Of a stretch of 64,000 nt of DNA, positions 13,459-26,737 are shown in pieces. The translations under genes and the position numbers were made by a program. The number at the start of each line of letters is the position of its first letter. Positions within the stretch are counted from its first letter, which is position 1. Origin of the DNA: Azolla caroliniana. Lineage: Eukaryota; Plantae; Polypodiophyta. The DNA lies in assembly GCA_043228905.1 (NCBI GenBank), contig JBHGNT010000006.1, positions 14,880,001 to 14,944,000 on the forward strand, written 5' to 3'. Under the pieces are notes generated by a model. The model saw only the letters and a program-made list of their open reading frames with translations. It made no database searches and was not told where the DNA came from.

Positions 13459-15444
13459 AGTTCCCTTTAACATAATCCATAGTCCTGAGCATCCAATTGT
13501 CCTCGGTTTTCCATGGTTCCATAACCCTAGAATCGATTAGAGGAAGCGAGAAATTTGGTGCCCTTCAGCAGAAAATATCATTGCCAAGGATCAAAGTCAA
13601 GATTATTCTCTTGATGAATATAGTTCTACCAATGCACCATCTCCTTTTCATCAAATTTCAGCTATCACATTGCAACAATTGCACCAAGTGGGAGGCAAGG
13701 AGGACCTTTTCTTATTTGTAGTATCAGTGACACCTTCTAGTGCCACTCAAGGGAATTCAAACATCCAAATTCCCAAAAAATATCAAGGCTATGCTGATGT
13801 TTTCGACAAAGTCAAAGCTAGTATTCGTCCAAAGCATCCATCGTACGATTGTCCTATTGATCTCCAACCGGGAAAAGAGCCACCATGGGGTCCGATTTAC
13901 AATTAATCACCCACTGAGCTTGAGGTTCTTCGAGAATATATCGAGGAAGCCCATGGGTTTATTCGACATTCAAAGTCTCCAGCTGGTGCTCCTATCTTTT
14001 TTGTGAAGAAAAAGGACTGTTCTCTTCGTTTGGTCGTGGACTATCGAAGCTTAAATAAAGTCACCATAAGGAATAGGTATGCTCTCTACCTTTAATCTCC
14101 AGTCTCTTAGAACGCAGTGGTGGGGCAAAGCATTTTACCAAAATTGATCAAAGGGGTGCATATAATCTTGTTCGAATTTGATTGGGAGATGAGTGAAAAA
14201 CTGCATTTCGTACTCGGTATGGTCATTTCGAGTATACAGTGATGCCTTTCGGGCTCACAAATGACATTTTCCGTAATTTCTTGGATATATTTCTCATCAT
14301 CTACCTAGATGATCTGTTGCTTTACTCTAAAACACAGGAGGAATATGATATACATGTTGAAATACTTCGGAAAGCACCCCCAGTATTTCAACATATCACA
14401 AATGATATTTTCTAGGATTTCTTGGATATCTTTCTCATCATCTACCTAGATGATCTGTTTCTTTATTCTAAAACACGGGAGGAAGATGATATAAATGTGC
14501 GGAAAGTACTTGAACGCCTAAGAAAGTATGGTCTTATGCCAAACTTGAGAAATGCAGTTTTGATTGCAAACAAGTCGAATTTTTGGGATACACTATTTCA
14601 TCCAAGGGTATTTTCATGGATCCGGCAAAAGTCCAAACAATATTGGAATGGAAACCCCCATGCTCAATTCGGGACATCCAATGTTTCCTCGGTTCAAGCA
14701 TTGTGTTGCCCCTCACCCAACTCAACCATTATGGCGTCACCCGGACTTGAACCTCGAACCTTGTAATCCATAATTGAAAACCTCAACCATTAAAATAGCT
14801 TATTTTCATATGAGAGGATAAAAGCTACTTTTTATATTAGATTGATTATTGTAAAAACTCTAGATCATTCTAGAATGTCCTAGAACATTCGAGGTCTAGA
14901 ACATTCTAGAACAGAAATCTCTTAGCTATTCTATAGGAACCTATAAATAACGGCATACATGTATTCTCAAATCAATTCGAATCAACACCAGTCTTTAGGT
15001 CTCATTACATATCTTGTATCCATTCTCTTTCTTTCTCTATCTTAATACACACATTCTTCTTTTAGCATTTCGTTCCTTTCTTCTTGTGTTCCCTTATATC
15101 CTTCTTCCATCACTCTATCTTTTATTCTTGGTTCTGACAATCTCTATCTTAATCACTACATGTGTTGTTTGCTAGACTCACTAACAGGTCCTCAATCTTA
15201 TTCTACAACATCAACTTCTATACTCAACAACCACCGGGGACTTGAATCGGAGAGGATGGGTTTATTAGCGTCTTTTAAACTCAATGATTGAGTATGCTAG
15301 TGTCAACACTAGTTTTCATTTTAGAAGTTGTACTTTCTTAAGACAATTTTGGGAGATCATGTAAACTCCATGTATGTGAATATACGTCTGTGTGTGTCAA
15401 GTTTCGTAAATGTAATATGCCGATGAGTGAGATTGGTTCTTAAT

Positions 15445-17333
15445 CATTATTATTTATTTATTTTAATTTATTTAGGTAATTATATGCTACAACATTATTA
15501 TTAATACCTTATTTATATTTTAACTTATCATTATTTATTTACTTGTATAATTATTCATTTATTCACTTATTTAAATAAGATTATTATTTATTTTTGTATT
15601 TTATTTTTTTCCAACATAAAGATACACCTTGATATTATAAAATCAGCACAAAAATTGTGTTCAATAAACGAATATACCAACTGATTCCCTTATATTCACC
15701 ACACATATTTGTATTATATATCTCCAAGATTATTGTGGTCTACTCCTCCCAATCTACAAATGAACATGAAATGTAGCCTATACCACCAACAATTGTAGCA
15801 ACAAAGACATAAACAGAGTTAGCACACATTGTTTCCCAAAATGACATGAATAGTATGCATCCATGTTATGTGACCACCATCTTCCCTAAAAATGAGCATT
15901 GAACCCCATAACGTTTTAAAATGCATCTGCATTCTGAAAATAGCATCAACATTGCTTGTAAAACTTTCATATTGACCATGTAATGTATGAATAAGCAAAA
16001 ACTAGAATTCAACAATTAAAACAGAAGCATCATGAGTGAAATTGTCAAAAATTGATGCACATCACACCTTCCAAATCGCCCAAATCAAATCAGATGAAAT
16101 TGTTTTCCAAATAATATCACCCTTATTTTTCAACCTATCAAACAGAAAAGGTTGAACTATTTGTACAAGAGGAGGAACTATGTGAAAGGCTTCCACTATA
16201 TCCTCCTTTTCATACAACAATAGTTGCCCTTCTAGAATGCCCTACCTGACAACACCTCGAGTGATCACACAATTATCTTGTATCAATGCTAGGAGCTGTA
16301 AAACTCTCTTCCATACTTGCGTAATTTTAGCACAAGACCACAACGCACTCTTAATTGATTCCATCATACAAGCACAACCAAACCCACGCAATTTAAAATG
16401 TACTTGACATAACCAGACCTAGGCTGGTAATGCATAATGCACCAATAACCAACAAAAAGTTACAATCTTCCTGGGAATCTGCATACTCCATTACTACTTC
16501 CAATATTTAGATGCGTCCTGTAAAGAGGCCCCATTTGCCAACTACACTTTGATGGTGGATTGTGGATGCAATTTCTTACTTAAGAGCAATGTCAGTCCCA
16601 AATAAATATTGAACAACTGAATAAATTTAGTTTGATACAAAGAATGTAAATGTTTCCAAAGATAATATGATGGATCCCAATGTAGGTCGAACAATGATTT
16701 TTTTTTAAATACTCATAGTTGACAAAATAACATACTATCGGAAGGAGAAGGATCTGAAATCTAACTTTTATGTAACTTACCAACCACTCTCATGGGATGT
16801 TGCAATGATGTTTGCCAGATTGAAGATTCAACACTAGCTTGCCATAGTCTTCCTTCCTCAGCCACATCAAAATAATAACAATCTCCTTGGGATGTTATTC
16901 CTTTTACTCCTATAATAACACCAAATGGAGTAAAGTATCCAAACCAAACATGCTCAAAAGAAGGTGACAAATTCGAGAGAAAACTCCCTAAAGATAGTTG
17001 AATTGAATCAAACATAGATCTAAAAACCCTACACATGGAAGCATCAAGCTAAGAATTATGAAGATGACAAACATAATTTCCTGAAGAGGCTACTATGGCA
17101 ACTATACCATCATCCAATTCAGTCCAATGTAACTGCAATCAACTTCCAAGCAAAACACCCCAATCATCAGAAAAAATAAAATTCCAAATCAAAGGTTGCC
17201 CATCTACGAATAAAAGAAAACTTAACATCACATGCTCTACAAATGTCGTCCATAAAACCATCTTTCATAACATGTCGCTATCTTGTCTTATCATTTGACA
17301 AGAATGCCCATCTTAGAGATAGCTTCCATGAAC
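15445..17333 (-). mobile_element. Highly degenerate LINE (L1-like) 3' fragment with (TAAA)n-like tail
   Basis: Minus-strand remnants such as FIFSDD (FADD-like) and a Trp/Cys-rich C-terminal region. A-rich tail on the minus strand at 15445-15610. This is the target of the 17334 copia insertion. Confidence 0.45.
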
Positions 17334-20300
17334 TGTGAATAGATATGTGTGGAAGAATGTTTGAGGACCTGGTCGGTTATACAACAAACAACATACACAG
17401 ATATGTAGTTAAAGAAGTAGATAAACAAGAAGTTAAGCTTCAATGGTGATTCTCGTTATTCACTATTTTCTCTCTTTCTCAGAGACTCAAGATATAAGAT
17501 AAGAAAATAGCACGTATGAAAACTTTAGGTTAGGGCTTATGTACTCAAGCCCTAACTATTGGACGTGTTGACACTAGTAATGATACAAAGTGGAAGGAGT
17601 CAGCCTTTTATGCTAACAAACTCCCCCATAAAAGGGCCACTCTTTCTAATTACAATTGTATGGGGTTATCTACCCCGTAAACCTAGATTACAATTTCAAT
17701 CTAAAGTTATGGCTAGAAGTCAACTGGCATCTAGTCAAGTCAGCAGGGATAATGTCAATATTCTACCTAACCTTTTGCATTGTGTTTAGCTTTCTTCTGC
17801 TCGGTCGCTTGTCATAGTCCCATCTTTGTCCTTAGTGCTCGGAAGCATCAGGCAATCTACAATGTTCACCTCGGAGTCAATCTTCCAAACTTCAAGCTTC
17901 TTCATGGTTACAAGCTCCTAGATATGATGATACAACTCCTCACGATGCTTTGTCTTCGCATGATAGACAAGATTATTGATGAGCTATATTGTGCTCTGTG
18001 AGTCCCAATAGAGGGCCGGTGTTGGATGGTTGATTCGACTTGTTGCTAAGAAGTCAGTTGATAGTCGGTGCAGCCAGATTGCTTCCTTCATTGCCTCTGA
18101 TGTTGCTATGTACTCGGCCTTTGTGGTCGACAGGGCTATGCACTCTTCCAGCTTCTACCTCCATGATATGGCGCCACCGCCAAAGGTGAAAACATAGCAT
18201 GATGTCGACTTCTGATTGTTCAAATTCCCGGCGTAGTCAGAGTCGGTGTAGCCTTCAACTTCGATCGGGTTTGCCAATTCGAAAGTCAGTTGTGCATCTT
18301 CGGTCCCTCTTAGGTACCTAAAGATGTGCTTGATGGCCTCTCAATGCTTTCGTCCTGGGTTTGACATGTACCAACTGACGACCCCTATGCCATAGGCAAG
18401 GTTGGGTCAAGTCTCCACCATCGTGTACATGATACTTCCTATGGCGGATGCGTAGGGTATCTTTCCATTAAGCTCTTTCTCCTCATCCGCTGAAGGAGAG
18501 TCTCTGTCTGATAGTCGGATCAAAGTCGGAAGTGATGTTGGTGCTGGCTTGGAATTTTTCATGTTGTAGTGCTTCAACACTCTGTGGATGTAGTTAGAGT
18601 AGGAGAGTCGGAGAGTTTTTGTCTTCTGATTTCGCTCTATCCTCATGCCCAATATATGTCAGGCTTGTCTAAGTTCCTTCATCGCAAACTTGTCATGAAG
18701 GCTCCGATTTAGCTTTTTGATCTCGGTTTGATTGCTCCCTGCAATCATCATGTTGTCGACATAAAGGATCAGATAGATCCAGGACTTGTTGGCTAGTTGC
18801 TGAACATATAGACATGGGTCGGAGTCGGATTGGTGGTATCCAAGCTGCATGATGTAGGAGTCAAACTTCTCGTACCACATCCTCAATGCTTGTTTTAAGC
18901 CATAAAGGCTTTTCCCCAAATGACATACAAGGTGATTTTCCTCCCTCGTCGTCGTGAAGCCTACCAGTTGAGTTGTGTAGGAATGTCGTCTTTACATTCA
19001 TTTGCTCTAGCTCTAGGTCCTCTGTCGCCACGACTCCGAATAGGATTAAAGGGTGGTCATCTTGACTACTGGGAAAATATCTCGTCATAGTCGGCCCCAT
19101 GTTCCTGTTTGACTCCCTTCACGATTAGCCGAGCTTTGTACTTGGGCTTCTCGGAGTCAGATACATATTTGTATCAGAATACCCATTTGCAAAGTAGTTG
19201 CTTTCTTCCTATTGGTAGTTCTACCAGCTCCCATGTATTGTTCTGACGAATTGAGTCCATCTCAAATTGCGTGGCTTGCAGCCATGCATCAGCGTCTAGT
19301 ATAGCTATGGCTTCTTTATATGTGCTTGGTTCGCCTGCATATGTGTAGTTGATGTAGTCAAGGCCCGATTGGCAAAATTTTGTTGGCCTTCGATTTCATC
19401 TGGATCTCTTGGGTGCCGATGTTGTTGGTTCAAACTTTTCAGTCGGCTCATTCAGTCGATCGGTATTACTTGAACTGTCTTTAGGAGTCCAATTAGATGA
19501 CTCACCCCTATAGTAGGATTTTGGTGATGGTGATGTCATGGCATCCTCGTCTTCTTCAGGATTAGTTGACTTAGAGGTAGAAGAATTAGTCGACTCGGGT
19601 CTGTTTTTTCCTTTGGCCTTTGGTGTGTCTGTCGAATCCACTATGTCGTTTCCGGTTCGCACCTTGTTGACTTTGCCTTTTTTTACCCTTGTCGATTCGG
19701 CTTTGTCTTTGATGGCTTTGTCTTCAAGTTCAACTAGTGGACCTCCTACCGATTTAGAATCAATAGATGTATTGTCGGCTTGGTCGTTTCAACTATTTCT
19801 CGAATCTCTGGTTCAGCCCGGTGGGTCGATCTTTCTACGATGTCTCTATCGACCTCGAAGGAGACCTCCTTACCAACTATTTTTTGTTGGTTCCTCGCAG
19901 AGAGAATAGAGTCTTCATTGTGCCTGACCATAGTGCATGTGGCACTTCGAGCCTGATTGCTTTCAACAATGACAGGTTGATCAAATATATTGTCATCTAC
20001 AATGCATCGGCCCAGAACTCTAGCTTTAGTCCAACTTGTTGGAACATTGCCATCGCCCTCTCCTGGATCATTTGGTTTATCCGTTCTGCCACTCCATTAT
20101 GCATGGGTGTGTATAGAATGGTCTTTTGATGTCGAATCCCTTTGTCAGACAGGTACTATTTGAAGGCTTTGGAGGTGTATTCTCCTCCATTGTCGAATTA
20201 GAGTGTCTTCACTCTGTATCCTGACCGGTTCTCCACCGAGAGAAGACCTTGAACACTTCGTCTTTTGACCTAATTGAATAGGCCCAGAATTTCCGTATAC

Positions 20301-20612
20301 AATCATCTACAAAGGTGATGACGTACCGGGAGCCTCCTAGTGATCTCTCAAGCATAGGCCCACATATATCTGTGTGCACGAGTTCTAGGGGTTGTCATAC
20401 TCTCTCGTAATGGAGAGAGTGTGGATTTCGGGTCGGTTTCTTGTATCAACAATGCTCGCAGAAGTCCGTCTTTGCTTGGAGTTTAGGGATGTAGCCAACC
20501 GCTATCAACCGATCTACGATAGGCCGATGTTGTGGCATGGCTCTCCTAGAAACGTAGCGTTATGTAGACAAAAGATAATGTGAAATTGAGGAAGGAATCT
20601 ACGATAGGCCGG

Positions 20613-23600
20613 TGTTGTGGCATGGCTCGCCTAGAAGTGTAGCATTGCGTAAACAGATGATAACGTGAAATTGAGGAAGGAATCGCTGGGATTTTGGACG
20701 GAAGAGACGAAGAGTAGAAATAGATAAATAGCGATGAACAAGATATGACAAGATAGGATATAGAATGATATTTGAAAGGATAAAAGAGATTTATAACTAT
20801 TTGATGACAGAGTTACAAAATGGTAATGTGATCGTTGTTGATCCCTCAAACTTTGTTGTCCCACAAAGTAATCGATCTTCTCATTCTTGAGAGTAAATCA
20901 CAATCTTCCCTTCTAGCTTTAGATGAAGGTAATACTCGAACCTCCGCCCTTTTTGTTGTGAGGTAAGCACCATGACCACCAAGGTAGTTGTTTTCTTTTA
21001 TAATCTTTCTCTTTCTATCTTATGATATCTCTTATATAATATAATTCTATTTTATTTGATTGATATATAATACAATATAGTTCTTCGATTTCAATTCCTT
21101 AGATATCCCTTGTGACCATACTTCCTTCTCCTTTTATAGGGAAGAGATGGTTCTACATGTGGGCCATGTGGCGCACATGCAGAGAGGCTCTTGCATGTGT
21201 GCTATATGGTCCACATGTAATACATTTCATGGTTTAAACCATACAATACTACTTCAAATAAAACAACACATATATTTTGTGTACATTACAAGTATAGGCT
21301 AAATGGTAAGGTTTGAATGTCATAAGGTTGGGGTTGTTGGTTCAAGTCCTCTTTTGCCCATGTAATATGCTATATAGTGTGCATGTAGTATATAGTACAT
21401 GGTAAGGTTTGAATGTCATAAGGTTGGGGTTGTTGGTTCAAGTCCTCTTTTGCCCATGTAATATGCTATATAGTGTGTAAATTATTAGTATATAGGTTAA
21501 ATGGTAAGGTGTGATTGTCATAAGGTGGAGGTTGTTGGTTCAAGTCCTCTCTTGCTCATGTAATAAAATATTTTCTTTATTTGCCTCTATATATAATGTA
21601 TAATATTATCATAGTGTGTTGTTAATATTATCTTTATAAAACATTATCAAGATTTATTTTATTTTAGTTATGTATTTATCTTATTGTAGACTTTTAATGT
21701 GCAGCTTTCGTACTTCACGACATCCACCCCCTCTAGACCTGCACATCCTCCGGCATGTGCCATTATTTTTCATCTTCATGTTGATCTACTAGAGGAGGTT
21801 CAAGTTCGAACCTTTCCTTAAGAACTCTTCTCCTCTTTCCAAGTACTACATTCTTTTGGTATCGAATTATCTTGAAGGTCTACCTTGTTCCTCTCTTGAT
21901 TGGGACGAACTGGCATAAACTGTACAATTCTTCGTCCATCTTGGCTTTGAATCTTCACATACGTAGAACAATTGTCAAGGACTTTGGTCTCCATTCGTAC
22001 CGCTGTGATGTATAGGTAGATCCTTCCAGCACAAAGAAATGTTGATCTACCTCTATATCACCAATAGTAACCTTTACATTTGGGCATGCACCAAATAAAT
22101 CTTCGGTGACTAATGTCGTTGCATTTACTTGCCAACCATGCTCAATATCAATTGGCCATCTACCTTTCTTGTAAAAAATCAGCACTCATTATATTTATTT
22201 TAGAACCATGATCAATATAAGTGCCATCACCGAGTCGGGAACATCTCCAATCTTCACATGATATTCAATAGTCACTCTTGCCCAGCATTTGCGAGAGTAG
22301 TGGCTTCTTGCATCTGTTGAGCTTATCATTGAGGTTGACGCATGTTGAGAGTCAACAACGATATTGTTTGACTCGTTGCTTACCACTTCATATGCCACCT
22401 TCGGATTTGTCTCTTTAACCTGCTCATTTACTTGCTTGTTTCTTTGCACAATATCAATTATTTCATCATGAAATTTCTTTTTTGCAATACCTAACACTTC
22501 TCTTAGTGTAAATTCTACTTGACTGACTAACATTCTTGTTTCTAAACTTTTCTTTAAATCGGTATCCTTTTCAATATTAGACATTAATTTGAATGAAGGA
22601 CCATATTTACCTTTTTCGACTTTTGCGTCCATCTCTTTTCTTTTGCTTTATGTTGTTTCATGCTTTTTTGTCGAGCTAATCTCATCATCTGACCCTTTCC
22701 TTTTTTCTTCCAGTATCACCTCATGGTCTTCGTGTTCTGGCAACTAAGCATAGACTGTCATAGCATCTACCGGAACATCCCATCCAATATTTTTCCTTAC
22801 AGAATCTCCGACAACACGGTCTTCCATCTTCATCTTTTGCTTTTGTGCGGAACTTACAACCTTCTCCTAGAATGATGATCGGCATGGCATGTCATCGAGA
22901 CGCATTCCTACTGTTGCCGAGTAGTACATTGCGGAAGCCTTCTTTGCTTCAACTTCTTCAAATTTAACCTTAACACCACCATCACTAAAGTTCTTTGTAA
23001 GTGGACTTCTAGTTTCAATTAAATAAAGTAACCTTTTGCCAAGACAAAGAATTTCTTTCTTCTGGCTTTAAGTTTCCATACAATCTATCAAACTCTTTTT
23101 TTGTGTCACCCACAAATAACCCTTTATCTTCTTTTAAGATCCATTCATGGAATGAATGCATAGTAACTCGAGAGAAATCTTCACAAGAATATTTAGACAC
23201 TAGTTCTTCTTTGAATGCATTCCAATCCAAACTATGCAATGCTTGTATTTCATGAATTCTATCTCTTAATTTCATGTCCACTAATTTATAAAAGTTTGTT
23301 ATCATAATGAAATCATTCCCACCAAACATTTCCATTTCATCATAATATATATATTGACATACTTTGAGATATTTGTGCCATCAAACACACCAATCTTCTC
23401 TCAGACTTCTCGTAAGGCATGAAATAATTGATCTTGATTCAATTTTTCAATAAACAACCTTACCGGATCCATTGTACTTGTACCTGCCATATTGATGTTG
23501 ATCTTTACTTTAGATGTCCCTTCTACTTCCCCGTTTCACGTCGGGTTCACCAAAGTGTGGCGTGGCGTGGCTCACCTAGAAGCGTAGCGTTGTGTAGACA

Positions 23601-24929
23601 TAAGATAATGTGAAAGTGAGGAAGGAATCGATGGGATTTTGGAGGAAAGAGACGAAAGAGTAGAAATAGATCAATAGTGATCAACAAGATATGACAAGAT
23701 AGGATATAAAATGATATTTGAAAGGATAAAAGAGATTTATAATTATTTGATGAAAGAGTTACAAAATGGTTGTGAGCGTTGTTGATCCTTCAAACTTTGT
23801 CTCACAAAGTAATCGCTCTTCTCATTCTTGAGAGTAGATTACAATCTTCCCTTCTAGCTTTCGATGAGGGTAAGACTCAAACCTCCGCCCTTTTTGTTGT
23901 GAGTTGAACACCACAACCGCCAAGCTAGTTGTTTTCTTGTATTGTCTTCCTTCTTGTCTTCCTCTTTCTATCTGTTGAGATCTAGATATGAGATATCTTC
24001 TAAAAATAAGTCTTATTGAACGGTGGGGGTAAGCCCCCTTTATATAAGATGAAGCATGCGAGCATGTTCGCCACGTGGCTTCATGTATGCATGCCATTCT
24101 ATGCATTACATGCTAGTTTGTTTATCGTATAATAATAAATGATACATATCATTATTATAAGTTCTATAATATATAAAGTAAAGGTACAAGGTTCAAATCC
24201 CAATGTGCTTGATCCTCAACACTATCTTATGATACCTCTTATGTAATATAATTCTATTTGATTTGATTGATATATCATACAATATAATTCTTCGATTTCG
24301 ATTCCTTAGATATCCCTTGTGACCATACTCCCGTCTCCTTTTATAGGGAAGAAATGGTTCTACATGTGGGCCATGTAGCGCACACGCAGAGAGGCTCTTG
24401 CATGTGTGCTATACGGTGCACATGTAGAGAGGCTCTTGCATGTGTGCTATATGGTGCACATGTAGTACATTTCATGGTGTAAACCATATAATAGTACTTC
24501 AAATAAAGTTATATACATTACAAGTATAGGCCAAATGGTAAGGTTTGAATTTCATAAGGTTGGGGTTGTTGGTTCATGTCCTCTTTTGCCCATGTAATAT
24601 GCTATATGGTGTGCATGTAGTATATAGTACATGGTTTAGACTATAAAATACTACTTCAAATAAAACAGCACATATGATTTCTTGTGAATTATTACTATAG
24701 GCTAAATGGTAAGGTTTGAGTGCAATAAGGTGGAGGTTGTTGGTTCAAGTCCTCTCTTGCCCTTATGTAATAAAATATTTTCTTTATTTGCCCCTACATA
24801 TAATGTATAATATTATTATAGTGTGTTGATAATGTTATCTTTATAAAACATTATCAAGATTTATTTTATTTTAGTTATGTATTTATCTTATTGTAGACTT
24901 TTAATGTGAAGCTTTCGTATTTCACGACA
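20613..24929 (-). mobile_element. Non-autonomous gypsy (gag plus protease only), tRNA-Trp PBS, long LTRs
   Basis: LTRs 20613-21722 and 23556-24929. PBS TTCACGTCGGGTTCACCA on + at 23535-23552. PPT 21723-21736. TSD CCGG (20609-20612 / 24930-24933). Internal ORFs (LREVLGIAKKKFHD, GACPNVKVTIGD) match 44034-44858. No RT, RH or IN. Confidence 0.88.
21295..21558 (+). promoter_or_regulatory. Three tandem tRNA-like modules (A-box and B-box) in an LTR; two more at 24527-24592 and 24698-24762
   Basis: TAGGCTAAATGGTAAGG ... TCATAA ... GGTTCAAGTCCTCTTTTGCCCA, with tRNA-like spacing from the T-loop to position 73. Acceptor stem does not pair, so this is not a functional tRNA. Confidence 0.55.
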
Positions 24930-26737
24930 CCGGCTTGAGACATGGCCGAGTCGACCATGCCATAGGTTCGAGTCAGTCTTTTCGGCTAAGTTCACGGCCC
25001 CTTCTGGATTGATTGCCATCATTGGGTACAAGTGTGTTGATAATATTATCTTTATAAAACATTATCAAGATTTATTTTATTTTAGTTATGTATTTATCTT
25101 ATTGTAGACTTTTAATGTGAAGCTTTCGTATTTCACGACACCGGCTTGAGACATGGCCGAATCGACCATGCCATAGGTTCGGGTCGGTCTTTTCGGCTAA
25201 GTTCACAGCTCCTTCTGGATTGATCACCATCATTGGGTACAAGTTGTTGTACTTGTGCCCGCTTCCAATTTTCAGGTTTCCACGTCCACGGCTGATCATC
25301 CATGTCGACTCGCTGAAAGTTGTTCTGTACCCGTCTTCGACTAACATGGCAATGGAGACCAGACACCTTTTCAATGCGGGTATGTGCTAAACTTGGTGCA
25401 GGACAATTGTGTTGCCATTTGACACTTGAATTGGTACTTCACCTACTTCGGCGATTTTGCATTCCTGCCCGTTGCATAGTCAGACTGTGCCACTAGCGTC
25501 AACCGAATAGTTCAAAAACCATTCGATGTATGGGGTTACGTGAAATGTGGCGCTGGAGTCCAGCAACCACGTATGTGCATCTTGTGCACTCTAGAGGACT
25601 TCTCCGATCATCAAGTTCTCTAAGGAGAGGATTTCTCCCGATCAGGTGTCGACAACATTGACTTGGTTGCTGACTAGAGAGTGGTTCGAGTTGGATCGTC
25701 CTCGATTCCACTCAGATCGTTGACCACTCTCTTTCCTCTTCATCGACCAGCAATCAGAAACATTCTGACTGACTTTTCTACAATGGGTGCAAAAAACGCG
25801 TGGTCGATTGGTTCTCGACTTCGACCGTCTCCCCTCATTTTCGATTGACTATGGTGTCGACAGGTTTTGTCGGCTTGTTCTCTCGATCGACTCGGTTGGT
25901 CGATCCTCTCAGTTGAGTGGTGGGATTCTACCGATTCGTCGATGGTCAGTCCCATCGATTTTCGCCGAATGTCCTCAGTGAGGACTTGGCCGATCGTCTC
26001 ATCTAGATTTAGGATCAGACAGCTGTTGGCAAATGTCATGCAGAATACCTCCCAATTTGCCGACAAAATCTACAAGAGGGCAAGGGCTTTCATTGCTTCT
26101 TCGAAGTTAATCCCTTGGGAGGAGAGTTCAGACAACACCCGGTTGAAGGTGTTGATGTGGGAGGTTGCAGGATATGACTCTCTCATCTTCATATTGAATA
26201 GTTGTCGAATCAATATGAGTTTTGACGAGGAGAACTTCTTCTGGTACACTCTTTGCAACTTCTTCCATAACAAGAAGGTTGTCATCTCCTTGGCCATGTT
26301 GAAATAGACATTCTCGACCAGATGCATTTAGATGGTGGGGCGCGCAATTTTCTATAATGATCTCCTGTCTTCGGCTGACATAATAGCGGGTTTTTCGTTG
26401 TGTCTAGTAGCTTCGACTTGTCTTCTGAGGATCAACACATCCTACATCATCTCCTTCCATAGGGCAAAGTTTTTGCCATCAAACTTTCGGATTTCAACTC
26501 CTATATTGGATGTTGAAGCCATATTCTATTTTGAAAGTGAGGTTTTTGACAGACCTGGTCTTTTCCTTCAAATCTTTTTGTTGTTTTGTTGTTGTCGGGT
26601 AGTAGGTTCGCTTTGATACTAGTTGTGAACAAATATGCGTTGAAGAACGTTTGAGAACCTGGTCGGTTATTGTTGGGAGACAGGTCCCTCCGGATGGGAA
26701 GGGAGAAGAACAGTGCCGACGAACAATCTCGGCAAAC

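Larger units (their letters stand above)
11045..15139 (+). mobile_element. Tcn1/Tf1-sushi-like Ty3/gypsy element, internally deleted (no RNase H or integrase)
   Basis: TSD ATCTC (11040-11044 / 15140-15144). LTRs 11045-11432 and ~14725-15139. Gag EPKITLPAKFDGSRAHFRGFLNQ, knuckle remnant CLYYRGPGH, protease ALLDTGANSCF, RT DCPIDLQPGKEPPWGPIY and IIYLDD. Confidence 0.88.

Noticed and set aside
21295-21360. Functional tRNA-Met gene
   Set aside because: Acceptor and anticodon stems do not pair. Kept only as a tRNA-like promoter module.
23535-23552. tRNA-Trp gene fragment
   Set aside because: It is an 18-nt PBS directly next to an LTR.
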